From a virus, in the IMG/VR virus record IMGVR_UViG_3300045974_000760, positions 79,217 through 143,216 of that record: a stretch of DNA of 64,000 nt. One strand, 5' to 3'. This document shows, piece after piece, positions 34,310-44,503 of the stretch. Every line of letters starts with the position of its first letter. Positions within the stretch are counted from its first letter, which is position 1. The position numbers were made by a program, and so were the translations under genes. Below the pieces are notes generated by a model. That model was not told the origin of the DNA, did not search any database, and saw only the letters and a list, made by a program, of their open reading frames with translations.

Positions 34310-34760
34310 CATGACCACACCTGATACAACCGTGCCCGCTGTCGCAACCGCCCCCGTCGAGAAGCGGGTCATCCGTCGCCGTAAGTTGGAGGACCTCATC
34401 AATACGATTGGGGAGCGCTACTTCTCGTTGCCGGGCGTTCCAGATGGGAAGTTGTTGTTGAGTGTTGAGACTGCGGGGGATGCGTACACCACGGCGGTTG
34501 TGAACGAGCAGATGGCGCTCGTGTTCGAGGGCAAGGGGAAGAACCTCGCCGAGGCGCTGGTCGATACGCTGCGCGGGGTTGTCGAAGCGGAGACCGCGTC
34601 GGATGCGGAAGCAGAGGCAATCCGCAAGCTCGAGGAGGAGCTCGCGGCGAAGAAGCTGGCGGCGAAGTCGAAGAAGAACATCCTCTCCGACTGGAAGGGC
34701 TTCGGCAAGAGCGGGGGCGGGGACGAGGCGGCGGACGCCGAGACCGCTGAAGCCAAGTGA
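34310..34760 (+). CDS. Hypothetical protein
   Basis: GAGGA RBS; strong codon bias. Confidence 0.7.
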
Positions 34761-35470
34761 GCTTCGAGGTCTGGAAGAGCTGGTCGGTGTACCCGCTCAA
34801 CTTCCGTACGTGGCCGTCGATGGCTACGTGCGACCTGCACGGCCGCATCATTACGCGGTCGCTGTACAGCAAGGCAGCAGAGGCGGCGCCGGAGGACAGT
34901 GCGTTCCGCGTGTTTCTGTTGAAGCACAATCTGACGATTGACCACGCGGACGTGGGGTATGTGCGGGCGTACTTGCTCGCCTTCCCTCCAGTCCAGAAGG
35001 AGGAGCCTGTTGGCCTTGATACCCCTGCTGCCCGCAACCACCGAGACATCAAACCCAAAGCTCGGGAAAAGCGTCTCCTGGGCGATAAAGCAAATGGAGC
35101 GCGGGAGGGAGGTGACGCGCTTGCAGTGGGTCGACCCTCCGAAGCGCCCACCGTACCTGTACAGGTCCCTCACGTTGAGCGCGCTGTGTCGAATACCAGC
35201 GCACGTGAGTCTGCCGGCGAATCCGGAGGCGCAGTTGCGAACGAACAAGTCGTACCTGTACGAGCTGAGCCTGCAGGACAAGGAGGCGAAGGATTGGGTG
35301 CGCCTGGACTTCTGGCTTCGGGACAACGGTATACGGCGGCACTAGACTCGTTCCACAAGGGGCGTCGAGTGCGGCGGGGTATCTGGCCCGTCTCGCAGTG
35401 GAAGACGGAGGAGAAGAGTCCATCGCGTGACATGTTCGCGATGGATTGGGAGATCTGGTCGCCGTTATGA
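34757..35470 (+). CDS. Hypothetical ORF with C-terminal DUF2829/Tad2-like motif
   Basis: ALDSFHKGRRVRRGIW...PSRDMFAMDW; ends TTA-TGA. Confidence 0.45.
   Translation: MSFEVWKSWSVYPLNFRTWPSMATCDLHGRIITRSLYSKAAEAAPEDSAFRVFLLKHNLTIDHADVGYVRAYLLAFPPVQKEEPVGLDTPAARNHRDIKPKAREKRLLGDKANGAREGGDALAVGRPSEAPTVPVQVPHVERAVSNTSARESAGESGGAVANEQVVPVRAEPAGQGGEGLGAPGLLASGQRYTAALDSFHKGRRVRRGIWPVSQWKTEEKSPSRDMFAMDWEIWSPL
35010..35345 (+). CDS. DUF2829/Tad2-like protein
   Basis: SWAIKQMERGREVTRLQW...LSLQDKEAKDW; AAGGAGGAG RBS, TTG start. Confidence 0.55.
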   Translation: MALIPLLPATTETSNPKLGKSVSWAIKQMERGREVTRLQWVDPPKRPPYLYRSLTLSALCRIPAHVSLPANPEAQLRTNKSYLYELSLQDKEAKDWVRLDFWLRDNGIRRH

Positions 35471-35513
35471 GGAGGGTGCTTGTTCAGGCCCTTTTCATAG
35501 CTACAACTCTCGG

Positions 35514-36593
35514 ATGACACTTCCGATCTACGCCGGCTCCTACAAGGACTACACCGGCTTTTGGTCTCCGGGCATCTACAAGTACAACCTGCAGGCTATT
35601 GGCCCCCTCAGCGATGAGGCGGATAAGCGCACTGCGGTCATCGCTGCGACAGAGGGCGGGGCGTACGACGCCTCGAACTTCTACGACCGGTGCATTGCGA
35701 CACACGGCCTGATTCAGTTCTGCGACGCGAGCATGTTTGGCGTCTGTGACTTGTTGGGCGCGGTGGCGGACTACGATGTGACGAAGATCGAAGCGGTGGG
35801 CGAGTACGCCGCACATCGAGCCTTCTCGTTCACCAAGTCCACGGGCAGGTGGCGGTTCTTCGACAACGCCAAGAGGGCCCCCGTCCTCACGCTCGAGCAG
35901 CAGCGCCACCTGTGGATTCTGAACTCCGACGGGCACTCGTGGGATGAGGCATCGAAGACCGTAGCCAAGGGGTGGATCCAGGCTCTGTCCGCTGTGTGGG
36001 CCGATGAAGATGTACGCGCGCTCCAACGCCGCTACGTCGCGCAGAAGCTCATGGGCTTCGTCATGGCCCCCGTCCGCCCCATCCTGTTCGGCGATGTCGC
36101 CTTCGGGGAGAACATCACACTCGCCGGGCAGGCCGCCTACTTGTCCTTCGCCGCCAACCTCCCCGCAGTTGCTGGAGCTCAGTTCGCCAAGCTCTCCCCC
36201 TCCCTCGAGCGCGGCACCATGGAGTGGCTCCTCGAGCTACTACGTGTTCTTACCTTCGGCGCCGGTATCCCCATCTACGTCGACCGCTACAACAAGATCC
36301 GCCCCCACCTCGAGCGCCTCTACGACGTCGACCTACCCGACACCGCCGCTCTCCTCAAGGCCGGCACAACTGCGCTCGACCACCCCCCAGCAAGCAACCC
36401 AATCGGCGCTTCTGTTGCGCAGCATGCCTTGATTGCTGCTGGATTCGATCTCGGCCCCATGGGCGCCGATGGCGTCTTCGGAGCTCGCAGCAAATCCGCC
36501 CTGGTTGAGTTCCAACGCACCCACGGACTTACTCCCGATGGCATCCTCGGCCCCAAGTCGAGTGATGCCCTGCTCAAAGTTCTCAACGGCTGA
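35514..36593 (+). CDS. Endolysin with C-terminal peptidoglycan-binding domain
   Basis: DGVFGARS..AL.EFQ..HGL.PDGILGP; TEGG and GLIQF lysozyme-like motifs. Confidence 0.8.
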   Translation: MTLPIYAGSYKDYTGFWSPGIYKYNLQAIGPLSDEADKRTAVIAATEGGAYDASNFYDRCIATHGLIQFCDASMFGVCDLLGAVADYDVTKIEAVGEYAAHRAFSFTKSTGRWRFFDNAKRAPVLTLEQQRHLWILNSDGHSWDEASKTVAKGWIQALSAVWADEDVRALQRRYVAQKLMGFVMAPVRPILFGDVAFGENITLAGQAAYLSFAANLPAVAGAQFAKLSPSLERGTMEWLLELLRVLTFGAGIPIYVDRYNKIRPHLERLYDVDLPDTAALLKAGTTALDHPPASNPIGASVAQHALIAAGFDLGPMGADGVFGARSKSALVEFQRTHGLTPDGILGPKSSDALLKVLNG

Positions 36594-36699
36594 CTCACAA
36601 TAAGAACGTGCTGACGTCAGAAAGTACTGGACGTATTGCTTCTTCCAGCGAAAAATAAGGGCCTGCTCAACATAGGAGCTAAGAGAAGGAGATAAGACG

Positions 36700-36897
36700 A
36701 TGGATAAGGAACTTGAGGTCTTTCACCAGAAGTGCAGCGATGGCTTCCAGAATGTCGTGAACATCCTGGCCGCAGCCTTGCTCGACCCCGACGCAACCAA
36801 GCGGGCTCAGGCAATCCGTACTGCACACAATCGACTGGTCGAAAAGAACCTGCCCGTGCCCGCAGCGCTCGAGCGCGTCGCCGGCTCCCTTCACTGA
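36700..36897 (+). CDS. Hypothetical protein
   Basis: AGGAG RBS. Confidence 0.6.
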   Translation: MDKELEVFHQKCSDGFQNVVNILAAALLDPDATKRAQAIRTAHNRLVEKNLPVPAALERVAGSLH

Positions 36898-36994
36898 CCC
36901 CACCGCCTTCCCCCTCCAGGGCTCCCCACGCTTCTCACCAAGCGCCGGGAGCCCTTCTTCTTTTCTAGCTCCAACTCTCGTGTAGACTCCCCCC

Positions 36995-37648
36995 ATGTAC
37001 GATCTCCAGGTCGTCCTCCCGGTGGAAGTCATCGAGCTCAGCTCCGTCACTCTCCTGGGCGGCGTTACACCCTCCACCATCCGCGTCGTCGGCAAGGACT
37101 TCCGTACTGTCGCGCGCGTCACCATCAACGATATCGAGTCCCCCGCACTCAATATCAAAAGCCGCACCGTCCTCGAGGCTCAGGTCCCAGACATCATCGA
37201 CCCGCTCAGCATCTCCGCGGTTCAGGTGATGTCCAACCAGCTCACGCTGTCTCCCCAGAACCTCCTCCAGTTCCGGCTCCTTGACGTACCCACCGCCGTC
37301 AACGGCTTCTTCCGTCTCATACAGCTCTTCGTCAAGATTCTGCTGACCACCCCAGGTCGCGACATCTTCTCCCCCAATCTCGGCGGGGGAGCTCTACGTG
37401 GACTCGGGCGAAGCTACGCCGGCTCAGAAGCAAGCAGCCTCGTCAGCGACCTGCACATCGCGGTCAAGCAGACCGTGAGGCAGATGCTCTCCGTTCAGGC
37501 GCGCTCCCCTCGCACCCCCCTGCAAGAGCGGCTGCAGAACGCCTCGGTTGTGAACTCCACGTACAATCGTGACCAGCAGGCGCTATACGCCTCCATCGAG
37601 CTCCTCAACCAAACCAACATGTCCGCAGCCCTCAACCTCACGCTCTGA
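36995..37648 (+). CDS. Baseplate wedge protein, gp25-like C-terminus
   Basis: LIQLFVKILLTTPGRDIFSPNLGGG; precedes baseplate J-like gene. Confidence 0.7.
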   Translation: MYDLQVVLPVEVIELSSVTLLGGVTPSTIRVVGKDFRTVARVTINDIESPALNIKSRTVLEAQVPDIIDPLSISAVQVMSNQLTLSPQNLLQFRLLDVPTAVNGFFRLIQLFVKILLTTPGRDIFSPNLGGGALRGLGRSYAGSEASSLVSDLHIAVKQTVRQMLSVQARSPRTPLQERLQNASVVNSTYNRDQQALYASIELLNQTNMSAALNLTL

Positions 37649-37655
37649 GAAACCG

Positions 37656-40600
37656 ATGACCATCCTCGACCTGCAGACCCTCATCATCGAGCGTATCGGC
37701 GCGTACGACTCAGACATCGATACCTCCTCGGGCTCGCTTGCGGACCAGAAGATCATCCAGCCACTCCTGAGGCGTATCGGCACCGACCCCTTCTCCGTCG
37801 ATGCCCTCACCTTCATCCGGCAGCGTCTTCTCGACGAGTACCCCGACCAGGCTCTGCAAGACGGGGACGCTCTCTCCGACCTCGTCGTCAATATGAACGC
37901 GGTCCTGCTCGAGCCGCTGATTCGGGAGATTGACCGCATCCGCAATCAGCAGTCCTTTGCGGACCCGTCCATCCTCACCCTCGATGAAGCAGCCGCGCTC
38001 GGCGCGAACTTGTTCTCCGAAGTAGACCGCGGACAAGTAGCCTTCGGTGTGGCGCGCATCTACTTCGGCACCCCACAAGACTGCCCGCTCACCCCCGTCA
38101 ACTACTTCCGCTCACGCGCGGGGTTGCGCTTCTTCCTCACCGAGAATCAATCCATCCGCCAAGAGCAGATGGTCCTGAACGTCGAGAGCAATCTCTATTA
38201 CTTCGACGTCACCGTGAAGGCCGAGGCCCCCGGCGAGCAGTACAACATCGACGCCGGTGAGCTCGTCTCGATTGCCGCCACCGTCAGCGCAGCTCGTGTC
38301 ACCAACAAGCGCCGCTTCCGCTTCGGTGTCTCGGCCGATGACTCGGTCAGCTTCGTAGGTCGTGTAGCGCAAGAGCTCGGCGAGAAGAGCCTCGTCACCT
38401 CTCGCGGCATCATCGCGCAAGTACCGAAGACCTTCCCCGAAGTATCCCGCATCGCCGTCGTCGGCTTCAACGACCCCGAGATGCAGCGGGACATCTTGCG
38501 AGGGGGCAGCGCCGGCCCCGTTCGAGCCGGCGACAGCAACGGGCAGGTCCGGGCAGACGGCGAAGGGCGCTCCTTGTCGCGGCGGCTCTATGTGCCCGAC
38601 GCAGACTTCACTGCATTGATTGGCCCCGTGGGCCTCTCGCGCGGTTTCGTCATGACCGTCATCAATGCGTTCGGAAGCTCGAGCCCCCCACCCGTACGTG
38701 ACCTTCATGTGCGCGCTATCATCGACCCCAACACGGTCGACTTCGAAGAGCAGGTCATGTTGGCCGGCACCGTCGATGTACCGTGGGCGTTGAGGAAGAT
38801 TGAGCTCGTGCTCTCCGGTATCCCCGGCGGCATCCTCTACCCGAACACCACGAACGGCACCATCACCGTCCCACCAGACCAGGTGCACATTGGCGGGATG
38901 ACGGATGTGTACCTGAGGGGCGGGACCAGCGATGGTGGGGACCTGACGCTGGATTCGCTGACGGACGAGAACCCCTCACTTTCGGGCATCGCGTGCGAGT
39001 GCATCAACTCAACCGGACAGGTGGTGCTGCGTGACCTGCTGCTCGGCACGAACTACGCGGCGAACGACCCGACCTACGACATCCTCGAGACAGCGCGTGT
39101 GAAGCAGCTCACGCTGCAGATTCTGAATGGGCCTTCTGGGCTCCCTGGCGCGTATCGCATCGTGGAGGTGACGCAGATTGATGGGTCACATCCAGTTGTG
39201 CGGGTGACGCCTGTCCCGCTGGTTGTGAGCGGGGATTACCGCTGGCGCCTGCTCGACATCATCGACGTAGAGCTCGCGGACCCGAAGGAGCTCAAGGCGG
39301 CGGGCAGTGACATGCAGACCATCCAGAACGCGGACTTCGTGTCCACGGCATCTGGTGTGGACTTCGACGCGCTCGGTGTTGGTGCGGGGGATGTACTCCG
39401 TATTCTCAACGGCGCTGATGCGGGGGACTACAAGGTCAAGACCGTCCTGACGCCGTTCTACACGCGCATCCAGCTCGACAGGAAGCTGGCGTATTCGATG
39501 TCCGGGGTCTCCTACAAGATCTTCCGACCGAACACCGACGGCGGCATCTTGCTTCCGCTGCTGCGCATCAACGCGCTGAAGCTGCTTGATACGAGTGGGC
39601 AGCCAACGGGAGCCACCATCCCCTACGCGCTTCCGGTGGATGCGCAGTCCACCGCGTTCAGTAACCCAGCACGCGGTGTGAAGTGGGAAGTGCGTGACGC
39701 ACGTCTCGGCCTTGTATCGAAGACCTCCCTCGGCGCAGGTGTAGACCGGACGCTGCTTGATGGCGGCTCGCTATCATTCTCTCTGGTTGGTTACGGCGTG
39801 CGTACCGTGGGCTTTACGCTGCCGGGGCCCGGAACCATCTCTCTGCCCGACCTCGTTGCACTCATTGCGGCCGTGTTCGCCTATCCCAACGGTTGTGTTG
39901 CGGTGTCGGACTACCCAGGAGGAGCTCCTCTTGCTTTCGGTATTCTGCCCACGCCCCGAGACGAAGGTGTGTACCTGTATGGCGGGAGCCCTACTGTAAT
40001 CGCGGCACTATTCGACGGCTCCCCCGTCGGGGTGCTCTCGACGGAGTCCATCTCCTCGACGTATGTAGAAGAGCACGGCGGTTGGAGCAACGTGCACCCG
40101 TTGATTGACCCAGTGCTGGATGTACTCGATGTACTGGAAGGGTATCAGATTGGGCACTACGCCAATCTGACCCCATCAGCGACGGACCTTCGTCAGCTCA
40201 TTACGACGCGCAACTTCTCGCCGGAGATCAATCGACTGGTGCGCGTGGGAGCACGCAGTCTCGGCGCGGCGCGCATGTTCTTCCTCGAGCCCACCACGAT
40301 CGAGATTGACGACGCGACCCGGTTCAAGGCGGAACTGTCCAACGGCAATATCGTGGAGTTCAAACCCGACCCCACTCTCAGCTACCAGAAGATTCCTGCC
40401 CTCCCGAATGGCTCCCCGGTGAAGGATGGGACTGTGGCTGCCTTTGACTCCTACCTCGAGTCGCTCAGCACCGACTTCCTCCGCTACGGCGTACGCGAGG
40501 GCGATATCCTCACCATCACGTATCAGCCCGTGCGTGGCACGGCTGCACTCCCTGACCCAGTCGTAGGTCTGGTCGCGCGAAGGCTCACGCTGTCGCTCGC

Positions 40601-41651
40601 CGACGGGAGCAACAAGGACGTCATCTTTGTTCGCGACTCGAGCAGCATCGCGTCCAACGCCGTCACACGTGCGGGCGTTGCGAGCCAAATCAATCAGACG
40701 GTGGGGCAGACCGTCTGCAGCATTGTGCAGGACGGGCTGAACTACTACCTCGAGTTCGACGCCAGTATCTCGGTAGTCATCCGCGCCGCCAGTACAGCCA
40801 ACACCTTGCTTGGTTTCGATACGCTCGTAGACACGGACAACAGTGCGGCGTGCGCGGGCAGCTATACAGTACTCACGGCGGATGTGAACCGCGTCTATGC
40901 CCTCATGACGCCTACCGCCGCGGCATCGCGACTGCACTTCAACATCACACGCCCGGGCGCACAGCGCATTGTCGCCACCGCCATGGCGAAGAACGTCGCC
41001 GAGACCGGCCTCTACTACTTCGATGTAGAGCTCGTCTCCGAAGGTACCGGTGACCTCTGGAACATCCCAGCCAGCATCCAGCTCTCTCCGCGTGCCTTTA
41101 CCTCAGACGGCTACTGGCTCACGACGCCTGACACCGCCCTCACCTTCTCTGCCTCCGAGAGGCCCGTGCTGCACGTCTCCCGCAGCATCCTCGAGGTCGG
41201 GGTGAATGACGACCCTGCTTCGGCTACCCAGCTCGCCGGGCAGAAGGTCCAGGTCTCCTACGACTACAGCGCCACAACGGAGAACGTGGGCTCCTTCCTC
41301 CGCACCGACGACACGCGGGTCATCAACAACAACCCGCTCTCTCGTCACCTCATCCCCCACTACGTCCGCCTCGACATGACCTACCAAGGCCCCGTCACAG
41401 AGGCGCAGCTCCTCACCGCGATTCAGACGTACGTCGACGAGGCACTGCCGACCATCGCATTCGAAGCGAGTGACATCGCGGCCATCGCCTCGAAGCGGGG
41501 AGCCACCAGCATCACCCTCCCCCTTACCCTGCTGGCGGTCGTACATGATGTTGACCGCTCGGTGTGGTGCACCCGTTCGCAGAACCAGCTCAACATCGGT
41601 AGGCTGGCGGCGTTCGTCCCCGACGTCATCACGGTGCGACGAGCGGGCTAA
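37656..41651 (+). CDS. Large baseplate J-like (gp6-like) protein
   Basis: V.AEAPGEQYNIDAGEL...TNKRRF..G...D; structural context. Confidence 0.8.
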   Translation: MTILDLQTLIIERIGAYDSDIDTSSGSLADQKIIQPLLRRIGTDPFSVDALTFIRQRLLDEYPDQALQDGDALSDLVVNMNAVLLEPLIREIDRIRNQQSFADPSILTLDEAAALGANLFSEVDRGQVAFGVARIYFGTPQDCPLTPVNYFRSRAGLRFFLTENQSIRQEQMVLNVESNLYYFDVTVKAEAPGEQYNIDAGELVSIAATVSAARVTNKRRFRFGVSADDSVSFVGRVAQELGEKSLVTSRGIIAQVPKTFPEVSRIAVVGFNDPEMQRDILRGGSAGPVRAGDSNGQVRADGEGRSLSRRLYVPDADFTALIGPVGLSRGFVMTVINAFGSSSPPPVRDLHVRAIIDPNTVDFEEQVMLAGTVDVPWALRKIELVLSGIPGGILYPNTTNGTITVPPDQVHIGGMTDVYLRGGTSDGGDLTLDSLTDENPSLSGIACECINSTGQVVLRDLLLGTNYAANDPTYDILETARVKQLTLQILNGPSGLPGAYRIVEVTQIDGSHPVVRVTPVPLVVSGDYRWRLLDIIDVELADPKELKAAGSDMQTIQNADFVSTASGVDFDALGVGAGDVLRILNGADAGDYKVKTVLTPFYTRIQLDRKLAYSMSGVSYKIFRPNTDGGILLPLLRINALKLLDTSGQPTGATIPYALPVDAQSTAFSNPARGVKWEVRDARLGLVSKTSLGAGVDRTLLDGGSLSFSLVGYGVRTVGFTLPGPGTISLPDLVALIAAVFAYPNGCVAVSDYPGGAPLAFGILPTPRDEGVYLYGGSPTVIAALFDGSPVGVLSTESISSTYVEEHGGWSNVHPLIDPVLDVLDVLEGYQIGHYANLTPSATDLRQLITTRNFSPEINRLVRVGARSLGAARMFFLEPTTIEIDDATRFKAELSNGNIVEFKPDPTLSYQKIPALPNGSPVKDGTVAAFDSYLESLSTDFLRYGVREGDILTITYQPVRGTAALPDPVVGLVARRLTLSLADGSNKDVIFVRDSSSIASNAVTRAGVASQINQTVGQTVCSIVQDGLNYYLEFDASISVVIRAASTANTLLGFDTLVDTDNSAACAGSYTVLTADVNRVYALMTPTAAASRLHFNITRPGAQRIVATAMAKNVAETGLYYFDVELVSEGTGDLWNIPASIQLSPRAFTSDGYWLTTPDTALTFSASERPVLHVSRSILEVGVNDDPASATQLAGQKVQVSYDYSATTENVGSFLRTDDTRVINNNPLSRHLIPHYVRLDMTYQGPVTEAQLLTAIQTYVDEALPTIAFEASDIAAIASKRGATSITLPLTLLAVVHDVDRSVWCTRSQNQLNIGRLAAFVPDVITVRRAG

Positions 41652-41959
41652 CGCGGAGTCTTGGGGTCCACGATGACGATGTCAGGCACCGGGTCAGGGG
41701 GGGAGAGCACGAGGCCCGAGAAGGGGTCGAACTGCAGGCGGCACGCGTTGCAGCGCAGTACGGCGCGGGCCACAAGACTGTCGCCCTTGAAGGCGTGCCC
41801 TACAACCGATTCCCTAGTGAACTCCGTGCCTCGGCAGTTTCTACAAACCTGGTGGCGGTAGAATGCCTCATTCTTCTTCGCCTCCGGGCTGAGCTCGTCG
41901 GTGTAGTTCTCGAGGACCTTCAGTACCTCGGCTTCTGGTAGCTCTCTGAACACAGCCAT
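41648..41959 (-). CDS. Zn-ribbon protein
   Basis: CRNC...CNAC..FDPFSG. Confidence 0.65.
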   Translation of the reverse strand: MAVFRELPEAEVLKVLENYTDELSPEAKKNEAFYRHQVCRNCRGTEFTRESVVGHAFKGDSLVARAVLRCNACRLQFDPFSGLVLSPPDPVPDIVIVDPKTPR

Positions 41960-41998
41960 CGTTGTTCCCTTCCGTACTACTCGTGGTAAGAGGTCGAT

Positions 41999-44503
41999 AT
42001 GCCAGGCGCCATCATCGTCATCAACCAAGATCGAGATCCCGGACCCGTATCCAACGGTACGCCCGGTATTGCACGCAACGACCTTTGGTTGAACCGCACC
42101 ATCCATCTCGAGTGCGCAACCGGAGGCAACAGCTCATACGAGTGGACGCTGCTGTCGAGCCCACCGGGCGCGCTGGAGATGTCTGCACTACTCACGGGAG
42201 CCAGTACCGCCTCCGCCTCGTTCACGCCCCACCTGTCCGGCGCGTACCGTGTGATGCTGACCACGAACGGTGGCGGGCCCGGCAATGTCCAGGTGCTCAT
42301 CTGCGCCGTTACGAAGGACTCCAGCGGTGTAGCGCTGCAGCGCTCGTGGATTCTGCCTGCGTACGGAGAAGAAGCGGGGGAGGCGAACTGGGATGGGAAC
42401 GAGAGCGGGTGGGCCAGCGCCATCAATACCATCCTCGAAGACGTTCGCCAGAACGCCCTCTTCCTCGATACACCAAACGGCGCCGCCAATGGTGACGTCC
42501 TCTCGTGGAATGGATCGGCATGGGTCGCCGCAGCAGGGGGCGGGGGCGGAAGTGGCGGCGGTGGGAATGTACTCGTACTCGACCCGACCCTGTCGGTGTC
42601 CGCCGCCCCGGCCTTCAAAACAATGACCGAGCTGCTGGTGGCGCGAGCCGCCATCGAGGGCCCCGTAGAGATTGTATTCGTGGGCGCACAAGGCACTGAT
42701 GCAGGTACTTACGATCTGACCGAGTGCACACTCCGCTTCCGCGGCGACATCTCCATCAACGACGGCACGATCTGGCAGAACCCGTACGCCATCAACGGCG
42801 GCGGGTACACACTGTTCAACGGCGGCACGGGGCACATTGAAATCGGCGCGCGCATCCCGCCAATGAGCATCGAGGATGTGCTGCTCAGCCCTACTGGGGG
42901 TCAGGCGCTCTTCGTGACTACGGGGAGCACGGTCTGGGACTTCTTCGGGTGGGTGACAGCAGACGGCGGGGGCCTCCCCATCATCAATGCGCAGGCCAAT
43001 GGAATCGATCTACGTACACACGGCCCTCGCGTGGATATCTCGTATTTCGATATCTACGGGTCGGGCACCATGTTTGTGCACCTCGAGTGCCCACTGGAGC
43101 TCAGCGGCTTCGCGCCCTCGTACGCAGGCACGAAGAAGCTCGGGGCTAGTTACACCCCACTTGTCCCCCGCTTCAATCCTGCCTACGGACTCGACGACTC
43201 GTTCTACACAAGCTCACTGGGCGCCCTCTCGTACTACCTGGCGCGCTACAAGCCCGCGTGCGCCATCTTCGAGTTCGACGGCCCAGTCACGTACAATAAG
43301 TCAACGGGAGAGGTAGCACTCTACAACAGCGTTGAGCTGCGCGGCTCAACGGCTACAGGCCAGACTCAGCTTCAGATTGACGACAACACCTACTTCCACG
43401 ACGCGTGCACGGTCACCAATCTGAACCTGCTGGCCAACGGCTCAGTCACGCTCTTCCAGTTCTCCTCAACCGCCAAGCTCGAGCTCAACAACTCCGTCAT
43501 CCAATCAATCGGGGCACACCCGGTAATCACTCTGCCGCACAAGAGCGTGCTGATCGTCGAGCACTCGGACCTCAATACTCCCGATACACCATCGGTCGGT
43601 ACGGTCCTTATGGGCGCTTCAGCGACTGTTACAGTGATCTGGCGTGAGGGGTCGAACATCCAGAGCGATGTGTTTGTCGGACCCGCGTCTGCCACGTTGG
43701 ACGTGTACATGCCGCCGGGGCTTACGTTCCCCACGCAAACGTACTTTGCGGGCACCATCAACGTGTATTCTGCGGGCGTTACGTCTGGGGGCGTTACGCC
43801 TGGGGACCGCATGCCGCTGGACGCGAACCACACGCATGTGTGGTACTGCGACAACGTGACGGCCACCCGTATTGTGGCCGACGTTGGCGGTGTTGACCTC
43901 GTTGCAGCCTCAGGCACCGACGTGAGCAGCACGTACGGGGGTTGTTATAGGAGCTTGAAGTCCGCTACGCGCGCCGGTTCTGCCAGCGGGAACAGGGTGT
44001 GTGTTGGGACGTTGGCATCACCTATTACCCCGACGCAAGATCTCACTCTCGAATACACGTTTCGCATCGACTCCGCATTCAGGTTTGCAGGCTGGGGGGA
44101 ACTGCGGGGCGCCTCCATCGATGCAAACCTTGATTCAGGACTGAACCTCCTGCGCTCGAGCCTGTTTCCTGGCTCCTATGAAGTCAATGCGCTGGCTTGG
44201 TACGGCAGTAGTTTCAACCGGAACAGCATACCATACGGAGGTGGGCCAGGTGCTGTCACCCTTGGCACCACCCACCACGTGATGCTGGCATGGAGTTACT
44301 CGCCGTCTCAATTGGATGTGTACATGGACGGTTGTAAAATCATTACGCTTCCGACGTCTACGAGGTCTGGAGCCGCGCCAAACCTCCTCACCATGGAGAC
44401 AAATCTAGGTGTCGGCGCCCACATTGCCGACATACGTATATCTAACATCGTACGAGGCGCCGACTACGCAGCAGCGGCCTTCCTCGCCGCACAAGGACTG
44501 TGA
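41999..44503 (+). CDS. Tail fibre/spike-like protein (PKD-like N-terminus, LamG-like C-terminus)
   Basis: YEWTLLSSP...GAYRV.L; GDVLSWNGSAW; IADIRISN. Confidence 0.75.
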   Translation: MPGAIIVINQDRDPGPVSNGTPGIARNDLWLNRTIHLECATGGNSSYEWTLLSSPPGALEMSALLTGASTASASFTPHLSGAYRVMLTTNGGGPGNVQVLICAVTKDSSGVALQRSWILPAYGEEAGEANWDGNESGWASAINTILEDVRQNALFLDTPNGAANGDVLSWNGSAWVAAAGGGGGSGGGGNVLVLDPTLSVSAAPAFKTMTELLVARAAIEGPVEIVFVGAQGTDAGTYDLTECTLRFRGDISINDGTIWQNPYAINGGGYTLFNGGTGHIEIGARIPPMSIEDVLLSPTGGQALFVTTGSTVWDFFGWVTADGGGLPIINAQANGIDLRTHGPRVDISYFDIYGSGTMFVHLECPLELSGFAPSYAGTKKLGASYTPLVPRFNPAYGLDDSFYTSSLGALSYYLARYKPACAIFEFDGPVTYNKSTGEVALYNSVELRGSTATGQTQLQIDDNTYFHDACTVTNLNLLANGSVTLFQFSSTAKLELNNSVIQSIGAHPVITLPHKSVLIVEHSDLNTPDTPSVGTVLMGASATVTVIWREGSNIQSDVFVGPASATLDVYMPPGLTFPTQTYFAGTINVYSAGVTSGGVTPGDRMPLDANHTHVWYCDNVTATRIVADVGGVDLVAASGTDVSSTYGGCYRSLKSATRAGSASGNRVCVGTLASPITPTQDLTLEYTFRIDSAFRFAGWGELRGASIDANLDSGLNLLRSSLFPGSYEVNALAWYGSSFNRNSIPYGGGPGAVTLGTTHHVMLAWSYSPSQLDVYMDGCKIITLPTSTRSGAAPNLLTMETNLGVGAHIADIRISNIVRGADYAAAAFLAAQGL

